Positions 1 through 9,340 of a stretch of DNA of 64,000 bases are shown in pieces. The translations under genes and the position numbers were made by a program. The notes below the pieces were generated by a model. That model did not search any database, had not been told where the DNA came from, and was given only the letters and a program-made list of their open reading frames with translations. Where the stretch lies: sequence record NC_019526.1; one strand, 5' to 3'. Position 1 is the first letter of the stretch, and the number at the start of each line of letters is the position of its first letter.

Positions 1-222
1 GCACTTGACAGTGCTAATGGAAAATTATATAATTTCGATTCAATACAAGTAATTCAGGCTGGGATTGAAAGAGAATGTAGCAAATATAGTAGTACTGTAA
101 TGCGTTCGTATGCACTTGATGGTGATTACAACTCATTTAGTACCTTTTTACCTGGAAAAGATGTTTATTTAAAAGAACAGCTATTTGAAGATGTTCGACT
201 GTATTTGGGAGTACAAAAATGA
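1..222 (+). CDS. 3' end of a hypothetical protein running in from the left edge
   Basis: Frame 1 is open from base 1 (ALDSANGKLY...) to TGA at 220-222, overlapping the next ATG (ATGA coupling). Confidence 0.7.
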   Translation, partial: ALDSANGKLYNFDSIQVIQAGIERECSKYSSTVMRSYALDGDYNSFSTFLPGKDVYLKEQLFEDVRLYLGVQK

Positions 223-509
223 TTCTGTTTAACACCAATGCACTACATTGGGATGAAAATGAAAAAACTGGATTCAGGAAAATTTCAGTACTATATAAAT
301 CAAACAATGTATTGAATATTATTGCAAATAAAACGAATAATCAATGGATGACACAAGTGGTACCTATGGGTTATTCATATACAAAAGATGAAGTTGAATT
401 TCTTGTTGAATTGTACAAAATTATAGTACCTATTATGGATTTTTTAGAACAAGATATCGTAATGGAACATTCCGATGTTCTTGATTTTCTGGAATCCATA
501 AATGTCTAA
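219..509 (+). CDS. hypothetical protein (96 aa)
   Basis: ORF track; GGAG upstream; coupled to neighbours. Confidence 0.7.
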   Translation: MILFNTNALHWDENEKTGFRKISVLYKSNNVLNIIANKTNNQWMTQVVPMGYSYTKDEVEFLVELYKIIVPIMDFLEQDIVMEHSDVLDFLESINV

Positions 510-762
510 AATAGATATTTCATCTATATTCAATGAATCATGGCTTGAGCTTCGAGATGAACTGGCTATCATTGAATTTACTGAATTGTGGTTAATCAAG
601 AGCCAAAAAAAATTCTCAGTAGAATTAAAACATAAATTATATCACGCATATAAAAATTCTCTACCTTGTACCATTAAAACAAAAAACATTAATTACGATG
701 GTAAAATAATATACTTAGACGATGGTTGTATATTTTATCTAGTAAAAATTGAATACATTTAA
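502..762 (+). CDS. hypothetical protein, probable member of the small helix + beta-barrel family
   Basis: 86 aa; amphipathic N-half, beta-rich C-half (CTIKTKNINYDGKIIYLDDG). Confidence 0.65.
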   Translation: MSKIDISSIFNESWLELRDELAIIEFTELWLIKSQKKFSVELKHKLYHAYKNSLPCTIKTKNINYDGKIIYLDDGCIFYLVKIEYI

Positions 763-771
763 GGAATAAAA

Positions 772-1377
772 ATGAATACTAATAGTAATACTTATTTTCG
801 TTATCTACGTCTGGGTCTATCTCTTCGTCCAGTACGTGGTTATTGTGATGATCTGGAAGATTTTGAATACGCGTGGGCTGTTCATTGTGAAAATGTACAA
901 TACGTACTTAATGATTTTGGTGAATTTGAAAAAGATAATGATGCAACTTCAATGATGAATGCAATTGATAATCTTGATTGTATTGCTAATTCAGATCGTC
1001 ATGAAACAGTACTTGCAGTACAAAAATATATTGAAAGCAATCTGAGCAAGCCAGTTTGGTGCATGGTAAGCACTGAAGAACAACTTGGAATTACTTTTGG
1101 TACTGAAGATGGTTATGTTGCACAATTAATTATGGATTTTAGTACTGAAGAAAAATTCATTTCTTATCGTGATAAAATTTATCAAGCACTATTACGCAGT
1201 GGTATCAGTGAAGATCAAGTACCAGAAATTGCACCAATGAAAGATTTCTTCCTTATCCCAAGTGATGAAAAATATGATGCAATGTTTTATAAAATGAATG
1301 TGCCAGGTGTTATTGTTGAACATTTTGATGATGATAATACTGAGTGGTTGGACTTGGGTGATGACGAAGACGATTGA
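772..1377 (+). CDS. acidic hypothetical protein (201 aa)
   Basis: TAAGGA RBS; long ORF with phage-typical codons. Confidence 0.8.
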   Translation: MNTNSNTYFRYLRLGLSLRPVRGYCDDLEDFEYAWAVHCENVQYVLNDFGEFEKDNDATSMMNAIDNLDCIANSDRHETVLAVQKYIESNLSKPVWCMVSTEEQLGITFGTEDGYVAQLIMDFSTEEKFISYRDKIYQALLRSGISEDQVPEIAPMKDFFLIPSDEKYDAMFYKMNVPGVIVEHFDDDNTEWLDLGDDEDD

Positions 1378-1463
1378 TGATTTTTATTGCTTTATAGAAA
1401 ATACAACTGCACTATTAGAGTATTTTGACAATAATCCTTATCATAAAATATTAGTGCAGGTTT

Positions 1464-1787
1464 ATGATGATCTTTTTTATGAATATGGTAACTATTTTGA
1501 TTGGTTCGCACATCTTAGTACATAACTTTTTATTACTTCTTAATAACAAAATACAAATTAACTATATTTTCAGAGATGATCCTTTATATAAAAATGAAAT
1601 CTCTGATATATACAAGAATATGACAACTGAAATCTATCATTATTACATGAATAAAAAATTCAAGTGCTATTATATCAAAGCAATTGTAAAACCAGCAAGG
1701 TTATATATATGCACTAAAAATGATATGGTTAGTAAAGTTATAGATATCAAAGATTTAAAAGATGAGGTTCTTAGGGATGAATGGTAA
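1464..1787 (+). CDS. hypothetical protein (start uncertain)
   Basis: ORF track; C-half resembles the small paralogue family. Confidence 0.5.
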   Translation: MMIFFMNMVTILIGSHILVHNFLLLLNNKIQINYIFRDDPLYKNEISDIYKNMTTEIYHYYMNKKFKCYYIKAIVKPARLYICTKNDMVSKVIDIKDLKDEVLRDEW

Positions 1788-2094
1788 TGAATGTGTGAAA
1801 AAGAAAATAGAATTTATACAAATGACATGTAAGGTAATTTTCGATTTAGCACACAATACCAATATGCCAACCTTGTTCAAAGAAGAATTATTATTAAGTA
1901 CTGAGGTTATTTTTGAAGAATATTTCAGTACTAAATTATATTTAAAATATGGTAACTTTTACAAAATTCACGGCTTTACTATATGTAGTTCAAATGGAAG
2001 TGTCCATATTACAACTTCATACGGCTATTTCGAATTAACAGAAAGTACTGTAAAAAATTTATATGAATATCCATCAAAAATGAGAGTAAATTAA
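1762..2094 (+). CDS. hypothetical protein, small paralogue family
   Basis: ORF track; TAATG coupling to next gene. Confidence 0.6.
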   Translation: MRFLGMNGNECVKKKIEFIQMTCKVIFDLAHNTNMPTLFKEELLLSTEVIFEEYFSTKLYLKYGNFYKIHGFTICSSNGSVHITTSYGYFELTESTVKNLYEYPSKMRVN

Positions 2095-2294
2095 TGAAAA
2101 AATGTTCGTGTTGTGGATCTACTCAAATTGCACGTTTTCGATTAGATTCTGATTGGGCCGTTGGTTGTGGTGATTTCTACCCAGTTAATGATGATTCAGA
2201 ATATACTGAAGAACAACTGAAAGATTTTGATAATAGTTGGAGACCAGATTTTGAGTTTCTATATTGTTTGAATTGTAATTCGGTACAGGAATGA
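2094..2294 (+). CDS. small Zn-ribbon-like protein
   Basis: CSCCG near N-terminus and CLNCN near C-terminus. Confidence 0.65.
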   Translation: MKKCSCCGSTQIARFRLDSDWAVGCGDFYPVNDDSEYTEEQLKDFDNSWRPDFEFLYCLNCNSVQE

Positions 2295-2560
2295 TTAAAC
2301 CACATTATCATTGTATTCACTACTTAGGAACGACTATTTGTAATGAATTTACGAAAAATAAACATCATCAATTCAGTACTGTAATACGTGATATATTGTT
2401 ATACATTGAAAAAGAATTAACATTATTTTATAAAAATACCGTATATACTTATTGTAATAAAAAGTACAAAATACTCAATTTATCATTTGATGATAGAGGA
2501 TTTTTATATGTAATGAGTACTGAATATTATACTCATTTGGTTCTGCATACGGATTTATAA
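2291..2560 (+). CDS. hypothetical protein, small paralogue family
   Basis: FSTVIRDILLYIEKELTLFYKN aligns with YSLCIRSILDNIEDELNVLYTG of the next ORF. Confidence 0.7.
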   Translation: MIKPHYHCIHYLGTTICNEFTKNKHHQFSTVIRDILLYIEKELTLFYKNTVYTYCNKKYKILNLSFDDRGFLYVMSTEYYTHLVLHTDL

Positions 2561-2829
2561 TGAACAAACAATTATTATATTGTAAAGTGGTTTATTACTT
2601 GACTAATTCAGTACTGAATATGAATAACACACATTTTAACTATTCACTATGTATTAGAAGTATTTTAGATAACATAGAAGATGAACTAAATGTGTTATAT
2701 ACTGGAAAAACATTCACAAAAAACAATATCCGACACAAATGTAATGGTATTGTTATAACATATGGGCGTATATTTGCTTTATACGGTATACGTTACACTT
2801 GCTATTTTCATAGGGCTAAATTTAAATGA
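2560..2829 (+). CDS. hypothetical protein, small paralogue family
   Basis: Tandem paralogue of 2291-2560; same length (89 aa). Confidence 0.7.
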   Translation: MNKQLLYCKVVYYLTNSVLNMNNTHFNYSLCIRSILDNIEDELNVLYTGKTFTKNNIRHKCNGIVITYGRIFALYGIRYTCYFHRAKFK

Positions 2830-3443
2830 AAACAGATTATTCAAAACTAAGAACAAAACTTTATGGAATTATAGAGGGGCTATCTCTAATCGATCCAAAG
2901 TACTATGAATTGCGTCGTTTACTTGCATTCGCCGAACAATATCATTGTAATACACGAAAAGATGGTTCTGAAGAATTCTCTCATCAATTGCAAATGCTTG
3001 GATTGGCTCTTACGCTTCATGAATCGCTGTGTAAGCCGTTTGAAGTATACATGGCAATTGTATCTCATGATTTAATCGAAGACTATCCAGAAGCTTCTGA
3101 AACGCTTGAGATGTTATTCCCTGATGTAATCCAATATAGTCGTAAACTGGCTAAATTTAAAGATTCAAATACTGATGAAGATTCATACTATGGATACTTT
3201 AATCAGCTTTCTAATTGTCAAGTATGTTCAATTGTAAAACTAGTAGATAGAGTGCACAATTTGAGTACCGCACCTGGTGTATTCAGTACAGAAAAAATTA
3301 TAAGTTATTGTGATGAAACTGATAAGTATTTCTTTGATATGATAAAAAAATCCAAAGTTATGTTCAATCAGCGTTCAGCTTATGAAGTTCTAAAATTCAT
3401 GTTGAATACCGAAGTCAGTACTATCAGGAATTTATTAAAATGA
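2826..3443 (+). CDS. HD-domain (p)ppGpp hydrolase-like protein (SpoT/Mesh1-type small alarmone hydrolase)
   Basis: H-x3-RKDG...H...HDLIEDY...VKLVDRVHNL matches the RelA/SpoT hydrolase motif series. Confidence 0.75.
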   Translation: MKTDYSKLRTKLYGIIEGLSLIDPKYYELRRLLAFAEQYHCNTRKDGSEEFSHQLQMLGLALTLHESLCKPFEVYMAIVSHDLIEDYPEASETLEMLFPDVIQYSRKLAKFKDSNTDEDSYYGYFNQLSNCQVCSIVKLVDRVHNLSTAPGVFSTEKIISYCDETDKYFFDMIKKSKVMFNQRSAYEVLKFMLNTEVSTIRNLLK

Positions 3444-3646
3444 AAATAGTTTTAGAATTTGCATTTATTATTTTTGGTTTCATTTGGTTCACTGCTATTT
3501 CAATTTTTGCTGGATATCTCATTATTAAACCGGATATGTTGATTTTCTACTGGATTTTGACTTTAATTGCATTCATCAGTGTTGTCTGTTTGTCTTATAA
3601 ACTGGTATATCTATATGCAGATGAAATCAAAAAATATAACACTTAG
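3440..3646 (+). CDS. small two-TM membrane protein
   Basis: Two hydrophobic stretches in 68 aa; ATGA overlap. Confidence 0.7.
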   Translation: MKIVLEFAFIIFGFIWFTAISIFAGYLIIKPDMLIFYWILTLIAFISVVCLSYKLVYLYADEIKKYNT

Positions 3647-3679
3647 TTGGCTTTATGTTGAAAAGATTTAAAATCGATA

Positions 3680-3709
3680 TTGAATAAACATTTCTCCTTG
3701 TGATATAAT
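3680..3709 (+). promoter_or_regulatory. sigma70-type early promoter (extended -10)
   Basis: TTGAAT-N18-TATAAT with TG at -15/-14. Confidence 0.65.
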
Positions 3710-3753
3710 ACTATATGTAAAAGGATTTTACATAAGCACAAGGAGAGTCAAAG

Positions 3754-4482
3754 ATGATAGATAATTTAGCATTTGCATCCGAAATGGCTAATCAGTTGAA
3801 CATGAGCAATTTTCAGAGTCTTACGCCAGTGATGGCGGAATATGCTGTTGCTCATGCCACCTGTGGTGAACAAGTTGGATCAGCAAATTTATTGGCTGAT
3901 GTATTCAGTACTGTACAAAGTACCCAATACAGTGTTAAAATGTATAGGGATAAGTTTGTACAGTTGTATATGCTTGATGTAATAAAAGAAGAACCAGAAT
4001 GGACTGATTTTATTATTGAGCGTAGGATTAGTGGTGTTTCTAATCCAGATAAAGACGCAGTACAAGTATTTGATGAAATACTTCAAGATGTATATAGTAA
4101 TGAACAAAAAAGTCTAAATCAATACAATGTACGTTCTACCAAGACAGTGCTCGTGGGATTTGATGAAGATGAAGAATATTACTATTTTCGTTGTACTGAA
4201 GTAGATTTTAAATACGAAACTCCCAGTACAGTGAAAGTTAAAGAATTTACTGAAAAGAGTAAAAACTTCAAAAAACATTCTTCTAATATTAGTAATATAG
4301 TTGGTTATAATAAAGATGGTATTGATATATATCAATGGGTACATCCAAATAATTCAACTTATACCAGATGTTTAAAGAAACGTTATAATTTAAAACAAGA
4401 AGAATCATTTTATTTTAAGATAAAGAAACATTCTTATCAACGACCTGATGAATCAGTGTTACTTGGTATGATTTACTTCTGA
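3754..4482 (+). CDS. monocistronic early hypothetical protein (242 aa)
   Basis: AAGGAG RBS; own promoter and terminator. Confidence 0.8.
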   Translation: MIDNLAFASEMANQLNMSNFQSLTPVMAEYAVAHATCGEQVGSANLLADVFSTVQSTQYSVKMYRDKFVQLYMLDVIKEEPEWTDFIIERRISGVSNPDKDAVQVFDEILQDVYSNEQKSLNQYNVRSTKTVLVGFDEDEEYYYFRCTEVDFKYETPSTVKVKEFTEKSKNFKKHSSNISNIVGYNKDGIDIYQWVHPNNSTYTRCLKKRYNLKQEESFYFKIKKHSYQRPDESVLLGMIYF

Positions 4483-4488
4483 TTAGCA

Positions 4489-4522
4489 GTCCAGTACAAT
4501 ATAAGTACTGGACATTTTTTTT
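4489..4522 (+). terminator. intrinsic terminator
   Basis: GTCCAGTAC-N7-GTACTGGAC followed by ATTTTTTTT. Confidence 0.8.
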
Positions 4523-4533
4523 AAGGTAAAAAA

Positions 4534-4812
4534 TTGAATATATTACAAAAAGTCAATTTATTTGGAAAAGCGTATGTAAATGCTTTTTATGATATTGATA
4601 AACGTTATGAATATGCTAATTTTTTAAATAGAGAAATTGAATTTAGTAGAATGAATAGGTTATTGTCTGGTAAACGAGTAACTATTATTTTTAATGGTTA
4701 TCAGGGATATATTAATCAAATTCGCCATCTAGATAAGAAAATTTTTGCATTCGTTTATACTAATAATGGAAATTTATTGGTTAATGTATCTTTTTTGGAA
4801 TTGATTGAATGA
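4534..4812 (+). CDS. hypothetical protein, small paralogue family
   Basis: TTG start after AAGG; LSGKRVTIIFNGYQGYINQI beta-barrel-like half. Confidence 0.65.
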   Translation: MNILQKVNLFGKAYVNAFYDIDKRYEYANFLNREIEFSRMNRLLSGKRVTIIFNGYQGYINQIRHLDKKIFAFVYTNNGNLLVNVSFLELIE

Positions 4813-5093
4813 AATTAATAGACCAAGTTATTCTTTATAAGAAAGTATTTGATTATATGGAAGATTTTCTTGATGGTACACATTATGAATGTTGCATTTA
4901 TGTTACATGGAAAAAGAATGTAATGGAAATAGAAAAAGCTACTATTTCTAAAATAGTTCGAGTAAAAAGCCTTGATATTATCGGTACTATCATTGAACTT
5001 AATATAGGAAGATATTTTGCATTTTTTGGTGTAAAAGTACCTGAAAATGATTTTGCTCTTATAATTTCATTAGATGATATTGAGTTTCTTTGA
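4809..5093 (+). CDS. hypothetical protein, small paralogue family
   Basis: ORF track; ATGA coupling. Confidence 0.65.
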   Translation: MKLIDQVILYKKVFDYMEDFLDGTHYECCIYVTWKKNVMEIEKATISKIVRVKSLDIIGTIIELNIGRYFAFFGVKVPENDFALIISLDDIEFL

Positions 5094-5434
5094 TTTTTAT
5101 CTATTTGGTAATACAGAATATTATGGATAAATTACACAAAGCATTATTATTTTTAAAAGCATATAGCTATGAGTACTTACAAAGTCATGGAAGATGGAAT
5201 GGTAGTTATAAGGATTTGTATTCATCTGTTTTTCTCAATGAAGTAAATCTTGTGATATCAGAGGTACAAAAATTATATAAAAGAAAACTTGTGCATACGA
5301 GATTTGGTATTGGAATTATTATTGATATATTTTGCTTCACATACGGTACCCTTTTTGCTACAATCGAAACAATAATAGAGAGCAAACCACAAACAATAGT
5401 ATTAAAATTAAGTGAGATATACCTAGATGAATGA
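5090..5434 (+). CDS. hypothetical protein, small paralogue family
   Basis: VHTRFGIGIIIDIF motif, similar to 9074-9340 and 9340-9642. Confidence 0.65.
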   Translation: MIFIYLVIQNIMDKLHKALLFLKAYSYEYLQSHGRWNGSYKDLYSSVFLNEVNLVISEVQKLYKRKLVHTRFGIGIIIDIFCFTYGTLFATIETIIESKPQTIVLKLSEIYLDE

Positions 5435-5699
5435 ACATTTTAATAGAATACAATTAATCACCCAACTTCTACAAATGGTTGATGACACATTTGATGAATT
5501 AAAAAATAATCTTATGAATAAGAAAATCAAATGTAAGGTATATATGAATGATGGTGATTATTTCGATATGCGTGAAGTTGAAGTAACTGGAATTGTTACT
5601 AATATTACTTTATATGAATATGATCTAACTATTACAGTGAAAATCGACGAAGGTCGTGAATATTACGTTTGTAATCAACATATTGAGGTGGTTGAATGA
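5427..5699 (+). CDS. hypothetical protein, small paralogue family
   Basis: Helix then NKKIKCKVY...EVTGIVTNI beta-rich half. Confidence 0.65.
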   Translation: MNEHFNRIQLITQLLQMVDDTFDELKNNLMNKKIKCKVYMNDGDYFDMREVEVTGIVTNITLYEYDLTITVKIDEGREYYVCNQHIEVVE

Positions 5700-6841
5700 G
5701 TGTAGTAGAAATTTATAATGATTTAATGAATTTAGTACAAAATAATGAAGCATTTGAATATAAAGATCAGCGTTCAATTGGTGGTGGTTTGTATAGAATC
5801 TTTTCTTATCGAATGGCCTCATATACTGATTTCTGCGAACCAAATGCTAAAGAAACACGTGGTTCAATGTGGGAAATTAGTGAAGATGGTAAAATGATTC
5901 GTTGTGCAGCACGTACTATGAATAAGTTTTTTAATGCATATGAAAACCCATTCACGATGTTTGATAAAAATATGCTTAGTACTGAAATTGAAGTGGCGAT
6001 GGATAAACGCGACGGTTCTATTATCAGTACTTTCAGAGATAATGACGGAATTATTCGTTGTAAATCTCACACTTCTCTATCTTCAGAACACGCAATTAAT
6101 AGTAATGCTATCATGCTTCCTGGTTCTAGTTTATATCAATACGTAGAAGAAGCTGAACTTCAACAATATACCGTGAACCTCGAATATACTTCACCTGAAT
6201 ATCGTATTGTATTGCCATATCAGAGCGAGAAACTGACTATATTGAACGTTCGCCATCGAATCACTGGTGAACTACTGTGTGGTGAAAAACTGCGTCAGAA
6301 GTTTCCTATGCTCGCTATGCGTAGCACTAATATGATAAATGGTCAGAACATTGCAAGTAATTTTCCAATGCGTACTACAGTACTTGAAACTGTGGAAGCA
6401 GTAAAAGGAATGCGAGACATTGAAGGATTTGTAGCAGTACTGAAAGATGGCACAATGTTTAAAATTAAAACAGATTGGTACTGTGCTTTGCATTTCAATA
6501 AGGATAGTATTAATGTTGATTCTAGACTTTACGAATCAGTGCTACAAGGTGCAAGTGATGATTTAAGGCAAATGTTCTCTAATGATCAGTATTGTCTTGA
6601 TAAGATTAAAAGGATGGAAGATTTAGTATTCAGTACTTATAATTCTTTTGAAAAATTTGTTAATGATTTTTACAATGAATTTAAACATTTAGAACGCAAA
6701 GAATATGCACTAAAAGTACAGAAACTTCTACCAAAAGAATTAAATCATCAGGGTTATGCTTTCTCTTTGTATAACAATAAACCGTTTGATTTAAAGGAAA
6801 ACATGATCAAATACAGCAAAGAAGTATTAAAAGATTTCTAA
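5696..6841 (+). CDS. rnlA: RNA ligase 1 (T4 Rnl1-like)
   Basis: KRDGS motif I, EYTSPEYRIV, EGFVAV and FKIKTDWY motifs; 381 aa. Confidence 0.9.
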   Translation: MSVVEIYNDLMNLVQNNEAFEYKDQRSIGGGLYRIFSYRMASYTDFCEPNAKETRGSMWEISEDGKMIRCAARTMNKFFNAYENPFTMFDKNMLSTEIEVAMDKRDGSIISTFRDNDGIIRCKSHTSLSSEHAINSNAIMLPGSSLYQYVEEAELQQYTVNLEYTSPEYRIVLPYQSEKLTILNVRHRITGELLCGEKLRQKFPMLAMRSTNMINGQNIASNFPMRTTVLETVEAVKGMRDIEGFVAVLKDGTMFKIKTDWYCALHFNKDSINVDSRLYESVLQGASDDLRQMFSNDQYCLDKIKRMEDLVFSTYNSFEKFVNDFYNEFKHLERKEYALKVQKLLPKELNHQGYAFSLYNNKPFDLKENMIKYSKEVLKDF

Positions 6842-6853
6842 TAAGGACACCAA

Positions 6854-7027
6854 ATGAAGAAAAGGAATTCGTGGAGTACTCCTGAAGAATATAGGAAGAT
6901 TCAGTGTTATTTTGATACAATACACAAAGAAAAATCCAGTTCAGGAGTACGAAAAAACAGAAATAAAATTAATACTAAAAAGAAAGAACGTATATATTCT
7001 TTAGAACGCCATACAAGAGAAGCTTAA
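6854..7027 (+). CDS. small basic hypothetical protein (57 aa, not in track)
   Basis: TAAGGA RBS; MKKRNSWSTPEEYRKIQCYF...HTREA*. Confidence 0.6.
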   Translation: MKKRNSWSTPEEYRKIQCYFDTIHKEKSSSGVRKNRNKINTKKKERIYSLERHTREA

Positions 7028-7040
7028 ACGGGAGATTATT

Positions 7041-7253
7041 ATGAAAGTACAAATTCAGCACAGTATTGTTCAAGACATGTCAGTGGTTAGATTTAACAAT
7101 CTTCATGATTTTTTTAGATGTATTGACTTTCTCGATAATTCATGTTTAGAATATGATATGATAAAATACAGTTCAGTTCTTGATACTGCCAGTATCAGAG
7201 TGAATGAATTGGTACTACATAAATTTAGCAAACGTTTCGGGATTGGGAAATGA
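7041..7253 (+). CDS. hypothetical protein (70 aa)
   Basis: GGAG RBS; ORF track. Confidence 0.7.
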   Translation: MKVQIQHSIVQDMSVVRFNNLHDFFRCIDFLDNSCLEYDMIKYSSVLDTASIRVNELVLHKFSKRFGIGK

Positions 7254-7516
7254 TTATGTATGAAAAATTTATATCAACTAAAGAAATGCTTCATAGGTTG
7301 ATTGACGACACTGACAAAGAAATTATAAGGTATTACACTGGAAAAAAAGTACAAATTTCTTCTGAACTCCTTGAGGAACTCGAATTGGAATCAGAGGATG
7401 ATATTGTATGGACTATATATGCAGTCACTGTATTCGATGATTGCCTATTTTTTGATGTAGAGCACGGTGATGATGACTTACAAGATTTAGAAATAGATGA
7501 TCTTATATTTCTTTGA
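7250..7516 (+). CDS. hypothetical protein, small paralogue family
   Basis: YYTGKKVQI...WTIYAVTVFDDCLFFDV. Confidence 0.65.
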   Translation: MIMYEKFISTKEMLHRLIDDTDKEIIRYYTGKKVQISSELLEELELESEDDIVWTIYAVTVFDDCLFFDVEHGDDDLQDLEIDDLIFL

Positions 7517-7791
7517 GAATAAAAATGAATACAGAACAAGCTATTAGTACTATTGAAAATTTAAATAACACTTTAGTAATTCTTGAAAAAATTAAGTTAG
7601 ATGTTGAATATCAAGTACAAAATTTATTTTTGAATAAGAAAGCATTATTTAAGGATGGCACAGAAGGATATATTGTCGAGTTGTTTTCTGAAAATGTAAA
7701 CCTACCTTATGATTTTCAATTTCTTGTTCGTTCAGAAGGTGGATACTTAGATTATATATATGAGGCAAAAGATTTTGTGCAATTCATCTAA
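7513..7791 (+). CDS. hypothetical protein, small paralogue family (ATG at 7525 also possible)
   Basis: FLNKKALFKDGTEGYIVEL. Confidence 0.65.
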   Translation: MRIKMNTEQAISTIENLNNTLVILEKIKLDVEYQVQNLFLNKKALFKDGTEGYIVELFSENVNLPYDFQFLVRSEGGYLDYIYEAKDFVQFI

Positions 7792-8017
7792 AATAATTAA
7801 GCAGTACGAACAATACGTAACTATGCTTGAAACCATGAATGCGGAATTAGAAGTTTCTGCATTTAATTCTGTACATAGATACTTTATAAATCGTCCAGTA
7901 CTTTATAAAAATAATGAATATAGAATTCAAAATGTATTCAGAGATGAAGAAAGTACTATTATTTTTCTACTGTATAATAATATATATGTGGATTATACTG
8001 AAGTAACGTTTATTTAA
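7760..8017 (+). CDS. hypothetical protein, small paralogue family
   Basis: FINRPVLYKNNEYRIQNVFRDE. Confidence 0.6.
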   Translation: MRQKILCNSSKIIKQYEQYVTMLETMNAELEVSAFNSVHRYFINRPVLYKNNEYRIQNVFRDEESTIIFLLYNNIYVDYTEVTFI

Positions 8018-8028
8018 AGGACATAATA

Positions 8029-8973
8029 ATGCCAACAATCACATTAACAGTTGGACTTCCCGGATGTGGCAAGACTACATGGGCTGTTGAAGAAGTTCGA
8101 AGATCTAAAAGTAAAACAGTAAACATCAACCGCGATGATTTACGTGAAAGTATGGCTGGTTCTCATAAGAATTATAAGTTCAAAGATGAAAATGAGAAGT
8201 ATATCGACGCAATGCAAATTGCAGCGGCAGATACAGCAGCAAACAACAAATGGAATATTATTATTTCAGATACAAACCTGAAGTTGTCTATCCGAAAGAA
8301 ATGGAAAGATTGGGCCAAAGCGAATGATTATGATTATAAAGAAAAGAATTTCTTTAATGATTTTGTAGCAAAGGATACTTCGGGTGCTGATGTTCATCAG
8401 TACTTTAAAATTAAAGAATTTGTAAAACAATGCAAAGACTATAATTTACTTCGCTACAAATCAGTACCGGAATCGGTAATTGATACAATGGCTGATTCTT
8501 ATTTGTATAGTACTATGCCAGTTCCTTCTATTCAGAAAGATTCGATGTATGATTTTAATACTGAATATATCATTGTTGATATTGATGGTACTTTAGCACA
8601 TAGGGGAAATCGCAACCCATATGATGAAAGTACTGTACTGGAAGATACACCAGATCTTGAAGTTATTCGTTCAGTACTGGCTGAAGTGAACCATCATAAA
8701 CGAAAGGTTATTATCATGAGTGGTCGTCATGAAACTTGTGCAAAAGACACTCGTTTGTGGCTCCATGAAAATGGAGTTCCATTTGAATATCTTTTCATGC
8801 GTTCAGAAAATGACAATCGCCCTGATGATGTGGTAAAATATGAATTGTACATGAATCATGTTGCACCATATTATAATGTTGTTAAAGTTTATGATGACCG
8901 CCAACAAGTGTGCACGATGTGGCGTAAATTATTGAAATTGAAAGTTTTTCAAGTTGATTTTGGTAATTTTTGA
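8029..8973 (+). CDS. pseT: polynucleotide 5'-kinase / 3'-phosphatase (T4 PseT-like)
   Basis: P-loop GLPGCGKTT; HAD motif DIDGTLA; SGR and YDDR motifs. Confidence 0.92.
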   Translation: MPTITLTVGLPGCGKTTWAVEEVRRSKSKTVNINRDDLRESMAGSHKNYKFKDENEKYIDAMQIAAADTAANNKWNIIISDTNLKLSIRKKWKDWAKANDYDYKEKNFFNDFVAKDTSGADVHQYFKIKEFVKQCKDYNLLRYKSVPESVIDTMADSYLYSTMPVPSIQKDSMYDFNTEYIIVDIDGTLAHRGNRNPYDESTVLEDTPDLEVIRSVLAEVNHHKRKVIIMSGRHETCAKDTRLWLHENGVPFEYLFMRSENDNRPDDVVKYELYMNHVAPYYNVVKVYDDRQQVCTMWRKLLKLKVFQVDFGNF

Positions 8974-8981
8974 TAATTATT

Positions 8982-9022
8982 GAAGGGGAACACTTGACCC
9001 CCTTCTCTTCTTTTGATAAAAT
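8982..9022 (+). promoter_or_regulatory. sigma70-type promoter whose -35 lies in the loop of a terminator-like hairpin
   Basis: TTGACC(8994)-N17-TAAAAT(9017); stem GAAGGGG/CCCCTTC at 8982-9005. Confidence 0.65.
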
Positions 9023-9073
9023 AGAACTACAAATAGAAAAAAATAATCAAGACTCAGTACTTGGGATAAGAAA

Positions 9074-9340
9074 ATGAAACAATTTTATGAGCACTGGAAA
9101 ATGTTGTTTAATAGTACAGAGTCGTTTTACTGGAATAGATATTATTCCGGTTGTATCAATGAATTGTATAATCATTTTTTATATGAAGCTACTTCATCAT
9201 TAAAAGGACAAACAGTTCAACACAACGTACTCGGCGAATGTAGAATTACAAGAGTTTATTCTTTTTATGATGATGAATTATTTTGTACAATATATTCGAA
9301 TTTATACAGAATGGATGTAAAATTGCGAGATTTAATTTAA
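9074..9340 (+). CDS. hypothetical protein, small paralogue family
   Basis: HWKMLFNSTESFYWNRYYS aligns with HTWEMLFDLTDDFYPGNYS (10873). Confidence 0.7.
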   Translation: MKQFYEHWKMLFNSTESFYWNRYYSGCINELYNHFLYEATSSLKGQTVQHNVLGECRITRVYSFYDDELFCTIYSNLYRMDVKLRDLI

